Below are positions 20,227-29,859 of a DNA stretch of 64,000 bases, piece after piece. Each line of letters begins with the position of its first letter. Within the stretch, counting starts at the first letter, position 1. The stretch comes from Nanobdellota archaeon (lineage in GTDB: Archaea; Nanobdellota; Nanobdellia; Pacearchaeales; GW2011-AR1), in the NCBI GenBank assembly GCA_038045705.1, contig JBBSXO010000001.1, forward strand, positions 32,001 through 96,000, in the 5' to 3' direction. The notes under the pieces are model-generated. The model was not told the DNA's origin. It was given only the letters and a program-made list of their open reading frames with translations, and searched no databases. A program made the position numbers and the translations under genes.

Positions 20227-21230
20227 AACTTTACTTCTGCGCCCCCCAGGCTTTTAGATTTTTCCGCTGCTTCTAATATTTTTACAACTTCCATCCCTTC
20301 ATTTCCATCACTCATACATTTTTCCACACCATTAACACATTTAAGAAAATGATCAAATTGCGTAATAAGAGGTTGAGATAAATTTAGTTTGGGAATAAGA
20401 ATATCTCCTTCTCTAGTTCCAGCTTGAAATTCAGAGAAATTATTTGGATTAGGTAAGTATTCAATAGATCTATCATAAATTGTTAACTTTTCAGAAGGAT
20501 GAATATCATCAAAAACAATGGCTTTTTTTGTGCCTCCTATGACTAATTTCCTTTCTTTAATGGGATGGATCCAATTAGCATAGGCTGTGGCAATAACTTT
20601 TCCAGGAAATCTCATATTAACAGAAACAATATCATCAACTCCATTAAGATAACTTTCCCCAGTATAACTAACGCTTAAAGGTTTTGAACCAGTTAGATAC
20701 ATAAAAATGTAAACTTCATGAGATATCAAATCCCACAAAGCACTTGCATCTTGTCTAACCGGACCCAAGGCAACACGCCTTGCGTCAAGATATTTTATTT
20801 GACCTATCTCTCCAGAGTCTATTCTTCTCTTAACTTCTCTAAGAGCAGAGTTGTACTTGAATATATGTCCAACCATCAAAATTTTTCCTTTTTCTTTAGC
20901 CAATTTAATAAGCTTTTCAGAATCTTCTAATTTAAGGGTCAGAGGTTTTTCTATCAAAACATTTTTTCCAGCCATAAGAGCCTGTAAAGCAATATCAAAA
21001 TGAGATTTAGTAGGTGTAGCAATTATAACTGCTTCAACTTCAGGATCAGACAAAACTACAGAAATATCTTGAGTGAAAGTTACTTCTTTTTGAAGATTTT
21101 TACTTGGCTTTTTTATGTCATTGATATATTTAAGTTGAGCATTTCCAAAAGAACCCTCATGGCCGAATAAATTAAGATAATTTTTACCCCAATAGCCACA
21201 GCCAATAAGAGCAAGATTTAGTTTTTGCAT
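20223..21230 (-). CDS. Gfo/Idh/MocA NAD-dependent sugar oxidoreductase (WbpB/WlbA-like)
   Basis: LIGCGYWG, IATPTKSH, LIEKPL, MVGHIFKY, LWDLISHE. Confidence 0.88.
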   Translation of the reverse strand: MQKLNLALIGCGYWGKNYLNLFGHEGSFGNAQLKYINDIKKPSKNLQKEVTFTQDISVVLSDPEVEAVIIATPTKSHFDIALQALMAGKNVLIEKPLTLKLEDSEKLIKLAKEKGKILMVGHIFKYNSALREVKRRIDSGEIGQIKYLDARRVALGPVRQDASALWDLISHEVYIFMYLTGSKPLSVSYTGESYLNGVDDIVSVNMRFPGKVIATAYANWIHPIKERKLVIGGTKKAIVFDDIHPSEKLTIYDRSIEYLPNPNNFSEFQAGTREGDILIPKLNLSQPLITQFDHFLKCVNGVEKCMSDGNEGMEVVKILEAAEKSKSLGGAEVKL

Positions 21231-21276
21231 AAACTTCCTAAGAAATAGTATTTTTAAGAATATCTATAAAAGAGTT

Positions 21277-22308
21277 CTATGTTCTTCTATTGACTATTTT
21301 ATCTATATCTTCAATAGTGGGGTTGCAAGGGTTTGTTTTTGTACATATATCCATTCTGATTTTTTCATAATCTGCTGAATATACAGAAGATAAATCCAAT
21401 TCTAAACTATTTAGGAATTTCTCAAAAACCTCTATAAAATTAGATTCATTAACATTTTTGCAAGAATTTAGTTTAGAGTATACATTGCTATTCTTTTTGT
21501 TGAGTCTTAGGACGTCAAGCAAGTATAGGGATACAGCTCTGCCATGAGTTAAGCCATGTTTTGGCCCTATATTATGAGCAATTCCATGAATGAGCCCTAC
21601 TGAAGCTGTACTTTGAACAATTCCAGCTATAAACCCTGCAGCTTGTAATTTAGATAATGCTTCAATATCTTTAGACTGATATGCTACTTTTCCATTTTCT
21701 AAAATTGTGTCTATAGATTTTGTAGCTAATATATCATTTAAATTATTTGAGTTTCTTGAAGCAAGACCTTCAATAGAATGAGCTAACGCATCAACAATTG
21801 AAAAAGCAAGTACTTTATTATTAGCAGTTGCACAAAAAGCAGGATTAAATATTACTGTCTCAGGCAATAGTTGGTTGGAAGCAAACACTTTCTTATTTTT
21901 ATTTTCATCAAGAAGAACAGCATATTGGCTTGCTTCAGAACCACTTCCTATAGTGGTTGGGATAAGGATACATTCTAAATTTTCACCCATCTTTACAATT
22001 TTAGTTAAGTCCATTACAGATCCACCACCAATTCCAAGAATTATTTCTGATTTATTCTTTTTTAGTTGATTCTGTACATCTTCTTTATCTTTTAGAGTTG
22101 GTTCATTATTAAGCATAAAAAAACTCAACTCTGACCCAGTTAGAACTAATTTTATCTTTTCTTCATTTTTTTCGTAAAATGTCTTAGAAATAATTATGAA
22201 TATCTTTTTATTTAATGATTTTAAAAACCTCTCTCCAGATTTTGCATCCATAACCATATTTGGAAAGAAAGACTTAGGTAAGAGGCTTAGAATTTTAGAT
22301 TCAATCAT
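21277..22308 (-). CDS. iron-containing alcohol dehydrogenase
   Basis: GIGGGSVMDLTK, IPTTIGSGSEAS, DALAHSIEG, HGIAH...HG iron ligands. Confidence 0.88.
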   Translation of the reverse strand: MIESKILSLLPKSFFPNMVMDAKSGERFLKSLNKKIFIIISKTFYEKNEEKIKLVLTGSELSFFMLNNEPTLKDKEDVQNQLKKNKSEIILGIGGGSVMDLTKIVKMGENLECILIPTTIGSGSEASQYAVLLDENKNKKVFASNQLLPETVIFNPAFCATANNKVLAFSIVDALAHSIEGLASRNSNNLNDILATKSIDTILENGKVAYQSKDIEALSKLQAAGFIAGIVQSTASVGLIHGIAHNIGPKHGLTHGRAVSLYLLDVLRLNKKNSNVYSKLNSCKNVNESNFIEVFEKFLNSLELDLSSVYSADYEKIRMDICTKTNPCNPTIEDIDKIVNRRT

Positions 22309-23729
22309 TTTCTTAACATACTCCTTTTTATTTTACCAGAGTCTGTTTTAGGTAGATCTTTAACAATAATTATTTTTTTCGGCATTTTATATGACTCTAT
22401 CTTACCATTTAAAGACTTAATTATTTCTTCTATCGATTTATTAGGTGAAACTACATATAAGTGAACTACTTCTCCAAATAAATTATCCTTTGCTCCGACG
22501 GCAGCTACATCTTGAGCAATCCCTAGACTCTTTATTATTCCTTCAATTTCTTCAGGGTAAACCTTTTCTCCATTTACATTGATTATATCATCAACTCTTC
22601 CAGTAATATGTATATATCCTTTATCATCAAAATATCCGCTGTCTCCAGTATAAAGCCATCCATCTTTTATTTTTTTAGATGCTTCTTCATCATTCCAGTA
22701 CTGACTTATAACGTGTTTTCCATTTATACATATTTCTCCATTTCTCACTTCTATTTTTGTATTTGGACTTGCTTTTCCTACAGATCCAATTCCTTCTTTT
22801 TCTCTTCTAAAATTAATGAATGATGAGCGTGAAGCTTCTGTAAGACCATAATAGTAATATAAGTTGGTTTTATTGAGGTCGTCTAAAATAGAATTAACAA
22901 GTTCTTTAGATATAGGTCCGGTGTTTGTAATTATTCCTTTGAGTTTTATAGCTTTTTTTCTAAAATAATCTTTATGTTCATTTACAAGCATGTTTAAAGT
23001 TGCAGGGGTTGCAGCTAAAATTGTTGCATTGTTTTCAAGCATATTATCTAATACCCTCTTTAAATTAATGAAATTTCTTTCTAATATGAATTTTCCTCCA
23101 GCAAATATTGAAGAATGGAGGTTTCCTAACCCAAAAGAGTGAGATAAAGGCAATCCGCTTATGAATATATCGGAAGAATCATTTTTTATGAACTCTTTTA
23201 TATTTTCTGTAGCCCGTACAACGTTTTTGTGCTGTAAAAGAACACCTTTTGATTTTGAAGTAGTTCCAGATGTGTAAATAATACTGCATGCATCTTCTGA
23301 AAATACCTCTCTTGTCTTATTCTCTTCTGATATATAATTTTTTGCAGATTTTTTTAATAATATAGTATGTTTCTGCGCATTAATTCTTTTCATTTTTTCA
23401 TCTAGTTTATCTTCATATATTAGGAAAGATGGTTGACAGTCTTTTATTTCAAAGAGTAAGTTATCATCAGATATATTTGTAGGAAACAATACTGCAATGC
23501 ATCCAGCTTTCAGTATACCAAAGTAAGCTATGATAAATTCAATTGAGTTATCAAGTAATATTCCTATTCTTTCTCCTTTTTTACACTTGCTACAAAAATA
23601 ATTCCTTATTTTATCAGATTCATCATTCAGATGACTGTAGCTTATTTTTTCGAGCTCAAAAATTACAGCAGTCTTTTCAGGATTTTTTTTTGAAGAATTT
23701 TCTAAGAAAGAATTAATGGTTTTTTCCAT
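22305..23729 (-). CDS. AMP-dependent acyl-CoA/acyl-ACP ligase (ANL superfamily)
   Basis: IIYTSGTTSKSKG, PLSHSFG, YGLTEA, TGD, GRVDDIINVNGEKVYP, PKTDSGKI. Confidence 0.92.
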   Translation of the reverse strand: MEKTINSFLENSSKKNPEKTAVIFELEKISYSHLNDESDKIRNYFCSKCKKGERIGILLDNSIEFIIAYFGILKAGCIAVLFPTNISDDNLLFEIKDCQPSFLIYEDKLDEKMKRINAQKHTILLKKSAKNYISEENKTREVFSEDACSIIYTSGTTSKSKGVLLQHKNVVRATENIKEFIKNDSSDIFISGLPLSHSFGLGNLHSSIFAGGKFILERNFINLKRVLDNMLENNATILAATPATLNMLVNEHKDYFRKKAIKLKGIITNTGPISKELVNSILDDLNKTNLYYYYGLTEASRSSFINFRREKEGIGSVGKASPNTKIEVRNGEICINGKHVISQYWNDEEASKKIKDGWLYTGDSGYFDDKGYIHITGRVDDIINVNGEKVYPEEIEGIIKSLGIAQDVAAVGAKDNLFGEVVHLYVVSPNKSIEEIIKSLNGKIESYKMPKKIIIVKDLPKTDSGKIKRSMLRK

Positions 23730-23937
23730 TTTTAGAAGAAATTATTCTTAAGATGTCTTGTGCAGATTCTATTGAAACAACCTCATCAACAGTCAAAGCT
23801 ACGCCAAATCTACTTTCTACTTCAGAAACTAACTCCATATGAGCAAAAGAATCCCATCTTTCATATTCTTGTTGCTTCTTTATCGAGTCATAGCTACCAA
23901 GAACTTTGATAAATATTCCTTTTAGTTTTTCTTCCAT
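23713..23937 (-). CDS. acyl carrier protein
   Basis: 74 aa, acidic; WDSFAHMELVSEVESRFGV with the phosphopantetheine Ser (DSL-like DSF). Confidence 0.85.
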   Translation of the reverse strand: MEEKLKGIFIKVLGSYDSIKKQQEYERWDSFAHMELVSEVESRFGVALTVDEVVSIESAQDILRIISSKNGKNH

Positions 23938-24281
23938 TTTTCCTCCAAAATCGCAAAAGCAACAGCCATTGTTTTTGCATGGGTAATACTTAAGTGAACC
24001 CTATACTTCTTATTTAAATCTTTTTCTACGAATAAAATCGATGGTATTGTTCCATCTTTTATTACTTCTATTTCATTAAACATTAAATTAATTCCTGTAT
24101 TTGCTAGTGCTTTTTTTACTGCTTCTTTTGCACAGAACCTTGCCGCAAATCTTTCTTTAGGATTTGAAGATTCAAGGCAATATTCTATTTCTTTTTGAGT
24201 AAATAGTTTTTTAGCAAGGTCTTTTTTTAAGTGAGAAAATCTATTTACATTTTCACAGTCAACACCAATTCCAACAATCAT
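23922..24281 (-). CDS. acpS: holo-ACP synthase (AcpS-type phosphopantetheinyl transferase)
   Basis: IVGIGVD, FTQKE, AARFCAKEAVKKAL, HLSITH. Confidence 0.92.
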   Translation of the reverse strand: MIVGIGVDCENVNRFSHLKKDLAKKLFTQKEIEYCLESSNPKERFAARFCAKEAVKKALANTGINLMFNEIEVIKDGTIPSILFVEKDLNKKYRVHLSITHAKTMAVAFAILEEKWKKN

Positions 24282-24922
24282 TTTAATTCACTCTCCTTTA
24301 GGTTTCTTACTTTTCTTAACGGGTTTCCTACATAAATCCCCTGAGAGGTTACCGGTTTAGAAATAACAGAACCTGCTCCAATTATTATATTATCTCCAAT
24401 TGTTATTCCGGGTAGGATTGATGAATTTTCTCCTATTGCAGAATTACTTCCAATAGTTATTTTATCCAGTATGTTTGCAGGCAGTCTAAGCATGTACTTA
24501 TCTAAAGCCATAGAAACATGAGGTCCAATAAAAGTGTTTTCTCCTATAGTAGTCTTTTCTCCTATAAGAGCTCCTGCTTGAATGCGTACGCCTTTACTAA
24601 GAATGACATCAAATTCAACAATAGCATTTTTTCCAACTCTTACTTTCTCTCCTAAAACACATCCTTCTCTTACAATAGCTGCATCAGAAACAATGACTTC
24701 TTTTCCTATTGTAGTACCTGCATAAATTATAGCATTTGTACCTATCAAAGATCCTTCCCCTATAGTTACTGGTCCTCTTTCCTGAAGTTTCAATGTGGAG
24801 CTTGCAAGAGTTTTAGGTTGTTTACCTATTACCGCACCATCTTGTATAATAACATTATCTTCAATAATTGTACCTGGGTAAATTACAACGTTTTGTCCTA
24901 TTGAAATATTTTTTCCTTTCAT
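24278..24922 (-). CDS. hexapeptide-repeat (left-handed beta-helix) N-acyltransferase, WbpD/WbeO-like
   Basis: Many [IV]G hexads, GAVIGKQP, IGAGSVI, GNP; likely start 24922 (ATGA overlap with luxC-like stop); ORF extends to 24940. Confidence 0.85.
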   Translation of the reverse strand: MKGKNISIGQNVVIYPGTIIEDNVIIQDGAVIGKQPKTLASSTLKLQERGPVTIGEGSLIGTNAIIYAGTTIGKEVIVSDAAIVREGCVLGEKVRVGKNAIVEFDVILSKGVRIQAGALIGEKTTIGENTFIGPHVSMALDKYMLRLPANILDKITIGSNSAIGENSSILPGITIGDNIIIGAGSVISKPVTSQGIYVGNPLRKVRNLKESELK

Positions 24923-26082
24923 TTCCATGTTACAATCCACCTTACCATTCTATCTATGGCAAACATACCATCCCAAGGAGAGCCAAATAATGTCATTTCA
25001 CCAACTTTCGGACATCTATCTGCACCAAACATAGTTAAATTATCAACAAAGTCTTCTCTTGAATTATTTTTCATAGCTAGTCCAACTGTTTGCTGATGTC
25101 TGGTATTTAATCCTTTCAGATTTAAATCTTTAAGAGGTTTGACAAAAGCAACTCTAGAAAAGCATGGTTGAGCTAGACCAATTTCTTCAGAATAAATTAC
25201 AGTCCAATCAGTGTTCTCTGAAGAAAAAACTTGTCCTTTTATTATTCCTTCTGCTCTAGCAGATAAAATTTCCATCTTTTTACCAGGTTCAGTATGTCCT
25301 TTAGGGATCATTAGTCTGTTGACTTTATCCAGTTCCTGAGCAAGAAGTTTAGCAAAATCAAGAGCTCTTTCTTCAACAAAAATTGTATGCGGGGAAGAAC
25401 AGGCAGTTTGGTCAAATGTAGAAATATCAAATGCAAGCTTTCTTGCAGAATCAGAATTGGCATTTTCTTTATCAACGACAGCATAGGAATATTTTGGCCC
25501 ATAAACTATATCTTCACAAAATATATTTTTTTTATAGTTGGTAATAGCCTCAATAGCTTCATATCCTCCCCAAGCTATTCTTATATCAGCTGCTTTAGAC
25601 ATTTCTTCATTTTTTTCCTTGTCTTTACTATCTACTAGAACAAGAGCAAACGTTTTAGAGAATTCTTTCCCGTTAATCTTGTTTGTGTTGACTGCAGAAA
25701 AGTTATCCAGTAATTTCTTTAATCCTTGATAAGAAGATGAAGATGTTCTGACTAATGAAACATTCTTTGTAATCATTGCTTGTATTATAGAATAGATTCC
25801 GAGATTCTCTACATTTCCAGCAACCCAGTGAACTGCTAGACCTCTTGGTTGTGCATGATATAGTCTGCCATCTTTAAGAGTCATAAATTCATCCAAAACT
25901 CTATAGTTGCCACGTAACGCAATATCCATCATTAATTTAAGATTATCTTTTGATATAAATTTCTTTATTTCTTTTATACCTATTTTTTCACCAACTTTTT
26001 CTAAATATTCAAGTAAATCATCTGTTTTAATGCTATGAGCATATTCTCTTGCATTTCTTAACGATTCTATAACTTCTTTCAT
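24919..26082 (-). CDS. acyl-CoA/acyl-protein reductase (LuxC-like)
   Basis: PRGLAVHWVAGNV, IAWGG, YGPKYS, FDQTACSSP (catalytic Cys), WDGMF; likely start 26082. Confidence 0.88.
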   Translation of the reverse strand: MKEVIESLRNAREYAHSIKTDDLLEYLEKVGEKIGIKEIKKFISKDNLKLMMDIALRGNYRVLDEFMTLKDGRLYHAQPRGLAVHWVAGNVENLGIYSIIQAMITKNVSLVRTSSSSYQGLKKLLDNFSAVNTNKINGKEFSKTFALVLVDSKDKEKNEEMSKAADIRIAWGGYEAIEAITNYKKNIFCEDIVYGPKYSYAVVDKENANSDSARKLAFDISTFDQTACSSPHTIFVEERALDFAKLLAQELDKVNRLMIPKGHTEPGKKMEILSARAEGIIKGQVFSSENTDWTVIYSEEIGLAQPCFSRVAFVKPLKDLNLKGLNTRHQQTVGLAMKNNSREDFVDNLTMFGADRCPKVGEMTLFGSPWDGMFAIDRMVRWIVTWK

Positions 26083-27128
26083 CTCAATGTATCTCCACAA
26101 CCCTTAAGTTCAGCATCTTTTGCTCTTTCCTTAAAAATAAAATATTTACCCTTTCTTCCACAATGGCAATCATCTTCTCCAATAATTTTACCTATATCTT
26201 CTGTGAGAAGAGATATACCAGGGTAACTATGTGGGACAGGACTTATTAACTGAATAAATCCTTCTTGCGATGGTTTTAGATTATCTATATTCCTCATTAA
26301 AATTTCAGAATATAATGGTATATGTTTGTATCCTTCTTCACAATCAATGTAAATTGTCCCAAGCTGTTCAGTCATTCCATACATATCATATATATTAGAT
26401 GTGCCAATATTATTTTTTATTTTCTTGTTGAACTCTTCTTTACTGACCATCATATCAGTGAGTTTTTTCCAACCACCTATATGTAAGACTTTGCTATTCT
26501 TTAATTTAATAGGGTTTAATTGTAACAATGTTTTATATAAAAGCCAAGTAAAACCAAAGAAACATACTTCTTGGTCATTTATTTTTTCTATAGTTTCATT
26601 AAGTTTTTCAGCATCAAGATTTAGTTCATTATCTAAAACAAAATTAATTGATTTTGCAAATGGCATTAACCCTCTTATCGCAGAGCCTCGTGAAGATATT
26701 TCCCCTTCTTTTGAAGTGATAGTTCTTTCTGTATCAAATATTATAAAATTTAATCTTTTGTTTCCTATAAATGAAGAAAGTATAGAATTTAGACATTTTA
26801 TTTGTCTTTTGCGTGTAACCTCATCGATATAGATTGTGCTTGGTATTCCAGTAGTAATTGCGCTTGATTTTATCACAGATACAATTTGGTCATCAGGTAC
26901 GGAAGTCAATTTCATTTTTTTGAATAAACTAATAGGTAAGTAAGGAATCAATTCAATGTTTTGAGGAAATTTATCTTGTCCAGAATTGTCAATTATTTTC
27001 TTAAATTCTACTGAATTTGAGTAATGAAAATCAATAGCTTCTTTCATTGCAGCAAGAAACAGTTTATATTTTTCATTTTTACCAATATCAAAAGGTTTAT
27101 TCTCAAGTAAAGAATCTATAGGGTTCAT
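26079..27128 (-). CDS. acyl-protein synthetase (LuxE-like)
   Basis: IPYLPISLFK, SSAITTG, HIGGWKK, DMYGMTEQ, SYPGISLLTED, GCGD C-terminal Cys. Confidence 0.88.
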   Translation of the reverse strand: MNPIDSLLENKPFDIGKNEKYKLFLAAMKEAIDFHYSNSVEFKKIIDNSGQDKFPQNIELIPYLPISLFKKMKLTSVPDDQIVSVIKSSAITTGIPSTIYIDEVTRKRQIKCLNSILSSFIGNKRLNFIIFDTERTITSKEGEISSRGSAIRGLMPFAKSINFVLDNELNLDAEKLNETIEKINDQEVCFFGFTWLLYKTLLQLNPIKLKNSKVLHIGGWKKLTDMMVSKEEFNKKIKNNIGTSNIYDMYGMTEQLGTIYIDCEEGYKHIPLYSEILMRNIDNLKPSQEGFIQLISPVPHSYPGISLLTEDIGKIIGEDDCHCGRKGKYFIFKERAKDAELKGCGDTLR

Positions 27129-27224
27129 TATAATCTGGACAGATTTAACTAAAAATACCAGCGAAGCAAGTAATTTTAAATGTATCTATGGTTGCTTTTA
27201 AATAAACCCTATATTTCTAATTAT

Positions 27225-28382
27225 ATGGATAAAATCAAGATTCTTGAGTTATGCCACTTTTCTGAAGGAATATGTGGGGTTTGGAACAGGGTTAAGGAAG
27301 AATCTACGAGATTAGCTGATAAAGGATATGAAGTGAGTGTCTTTTCATCAAATGCAATTAAAGGAAGCAATGAGGTAGCAAGTGCTAATGAAATTATAGG
27401 TAATTTTAAAATCAAAAGATTCCCTTACATCAAATTAGGAGGAGAATCATTTTCATTCTGGAATTTTACAAAAGAAGCATTAGATTATTCTCCAGATATT
27501 ATAATCGCTCACGTATATAGACAAATACATACAACTAAAGCATTAGAAATAAAAAAAGAGCTGAAAAGATTAGGAAAGAAATGTGTAGTATTTTTAGTAA
27601 CTCATGCACCCTTTAATCAAGATAATTCTGAAAGGGGCATACTAGCAAGTCTTTCAGTTAAATTTTATGATAAATTCATAGGTAAAAGAATAATAAATAA
27701 ATTTGACAGAGTTATTACAATTTCTAATTGGGAAGTATCTCACTTAAAAAAAATAGGAGTCCAGAATAAAAGACTTTTCTATATACCAAATGGAGTTCCA
27801 GAGATATTTTTCAGATCTGAATCAAAACAAGGAGACGATAATAAAATATTATTTTTAGGAAGAGTAAGTCCTGTAAAGAATTTAGAGATAGTTATATCTG
27901 TCTTAAATAAAGTTGATAAACAATACTATTTTGAGATAGTTGGACCTATAGAAGGAAATTACAAAGAAAAATTACAATATTTAGCAAAAAAACAAGGTGT
28001 CGAAAAAAGAATTATCTTTTCTAAAAAAATTTATGATATTAAAGAAAAGATAAGAAAACTTGACTCATCACTATTCTTTATTCTTTCAAGTAAAAGAGAG
28101 GGTATGCCTCAGTCACTAATAGAAGCAATGGCTCGCGGGAGAATATGTATTGGTTCAGATGTAGATGGAATAAAAGACTTAATAAAAAATAAAATAAATG
28201 GTTTTACATTCGAGAAGGGCAATATAGTGTCTTTAGCAGACTTATTAAATAATATTAATAAATTAGATTATAAAAAGTTAAGATCTATAAGTAAACAGTC
28301 AGTTATTTTTGCATCCAAATTTAAATTAGACATGATAGCAAATAAATTAAATAACCTCATTAAAGAAGAATTAAGCAAATAA
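27225..28382 (+). CDS. GT4 glycosyltransferase
   Basis: IPNGV, LFLGRVSPVKN, SKREGMPQSLIEAMA; likely start ATG 27225. Confidence 0.9.
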   Translation: MDKIKILELCHFSEGICGVWNRVKEESTRLADKGYEVSVFSSNAIKGSNEVASANEIIGNFKIKRFPYIKLGGESFSFWNFTKEALDYSPDIIIAHVYRQIHTTKALEIKKELKRLGKKCVVFLVTHAPFNQDNSERGILASLSVKFYDKFIGKRIINKFDRVITISNWEVSHLKKIGVQNKRLFYIPNGVPEIFFRSESKQGDDNKILFLGRVSPVKNLEIVISVLNKVDKQYYFEIVGPIEGNYKEKLQYLAKKQGVEKRIIFSKKIYDIKEKIRKLDSSLFFILSSKREGMPQSLIEAMARGRICIGSDVDGIKDLIKNKINGFTFEKGNIVSLADLLNNINKLDYKKLRSISKQSVIFASKFKLDMIANKLNNLIKEELSK

Positions 28383-28383
28383 A

Positions 28384-29859
28384 ATGGCAGAAACAAAAAG
28401 TATCTTTCAAAATAAATTAAACTTAATCTTAGTTGGTATAATCTTATTTGGAACAATAATTAGATTTTACTTTTTTAATTTAGTAAAAAACCAAGCTCAC
28501 TGGTGGGATTCACTTGCATATGGAAGTCTTGCAAAAAATATGATATATCATAGATGGGATAATCTACCATTTATTATGCATGAGGCAGTTATACGTCCTC
28601 CTCTTCTTCCAGTTGTTTGGAGTTGGTTAATAAGTCTTGGAGCTTCAGATTATGCAGTAATTATCTTAACAAATATAATCCCTTCAATAATTTCAATATA
28701 TTTAATATATTTAATTGGAAAAGAGATGTATAATAAAAAAGTTGGTTTGGTTGCAGCTATTTTTGCATCAATATCTTGGATTCACTTGTTTTATTCAATA
28801 AGAATAATGACGGATATTCCATCAATGTGTTTAGTTTTAGCAAGTATTTACTTCTTCGTTAAATCTTATGAATCTCTTAATCTTAAGAATTGGTTATTTT
28901 CGGTGCTTCTTTTATCTTTAGCAGTACTCTTCAGATATTCTCATGCAGTTATGGCAGTCGCTTATATTATATTCTTAATTTTTGTTCACAAGACAAGCTT
29001 GTTTAAAAGTAAGAAATTTTGGATAGGTGGAATAATAGGAGCAATTCCATTAATTTTATTTATTTTAATAAACTTATTTGCATATGGCTCGCTTTTGCCA
29101 GCAACTTCAGAATATACTTCAAGTGCTAGCGAAAAAACAAGTTTTGGTTGGTATACAATTGGTTTCATTAATTATATATTGATGAGCCCAGCAGTCTTTT
29201 TATTTTATTTTGGGATTTTGCTAGCTCTTTTCAAAGTTGGGATGAGTTATGGATTTATTTCAAAACACAAAGAATTAAGGATGCATCTCTTAAATCTGAT
29301 TTTGCTTATTTTTGTTCTTTCATTCTTTATATTTGGAATAAAAGCTTCAGAAGATAGATATTTACTTGGGATTTCTAGCGTACTATTTATTATGCCCGCA
29401 GTGGCACTCCTCTATTTATATAAAATTATCTCGAAATATAAGAAAGAGATAGGCGTTGCTGTTTGTATTGCCTTAATTGCTTGGTCGATTTATGCTCAAA
29501 TTTCATTTGCCAATGGTCTTATTCTTGATAAAAAAGAATCTTATAAAGAGATGAAAGAAGCCTATGAATGGATAAAATATAATACTCCTGAAGAGGCAAT
29601 AATAGTAGGTGATTGGGGAGAGCCTTATGCAATATACTACGCAGATAGGGATGTGCAAATTTGGCCAGAAGACTTAGACTTCTCCAATTTTACATTAGAA
29701 GCAGATTATGTGATTTTAACCGCAGTTCATCAACCAAATGAAAAAGTGGTAAGTTATGTCAACGATTTAGCAGAAAATGAGATTGTTATTCCAATAAAAG
29801 TATTTTTCTTTGATTCTGCACAAACTCAACCTGCAGTAATAATTTACAAAAAGTTATAA
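28384..29859 (+). CDS. GT-C fold glycosyltransferase (ArnT/PMT_2-like)
   Basis: IRF...WWDSLAY, RPPLLP, IMTDIP, LFRY, EDRYLL; multi-TM. Confidence 0.82.
   Translation: MAETKSIFQNKLNLILVGIILFGTIIRFYFFNLVKNQAHWWDSLAYGSLAKNMIYHRWDNLPFIMHEAVIRPPLLPVVWSWLISLGASDYAVIILTNIIPSIISIYLIYLIGKEMYNKKVGLVAAIFASISWIHLFYSIRIMTDIPSMCLVLASIYFFVKSYESLNLKNWLFSVLLLSLAVLFRYSHAVMAVAYIIFLIFVHKTSLFKSKKFWIGGIIGAIPLILFILINLFAYGSLLPATSEYTSSASEKTSFGWYTIGFINYILMSPAVFLFYFGILLALFKVGMSYGFISKHKELRMHLLNLILLIFVLSFFIFGIKASEDRYLLGISSVLFIMPAVALLYLYKIISKYKKEIGVAVCIALIAWSIYAQISFANGLILDKKESYKEMKEAYEWIKYNTPEEAIIVGDWGEPYAIYYADRDVQIWPEDLDFSNFTLEADYVILTAVHQPNEKVVSYVNDLAENEIVIPIKVFFFDSAQTQPAVIIYKKL

Noticed and set aside
22305-24281. Fatty-acid synthase or NRPS/PKS cluster
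   Set aside because: No ketosynthase, FabD/FabG/FabZ, condensation or thioesterase genes nearby.
24919-27128. Bioluminescence (lux) operon
   Set aside because: Only luxC- and luxE-like genes are present, with no luxA/B/D; the context is sugar-nucleotide and glycosyltransferase genes.
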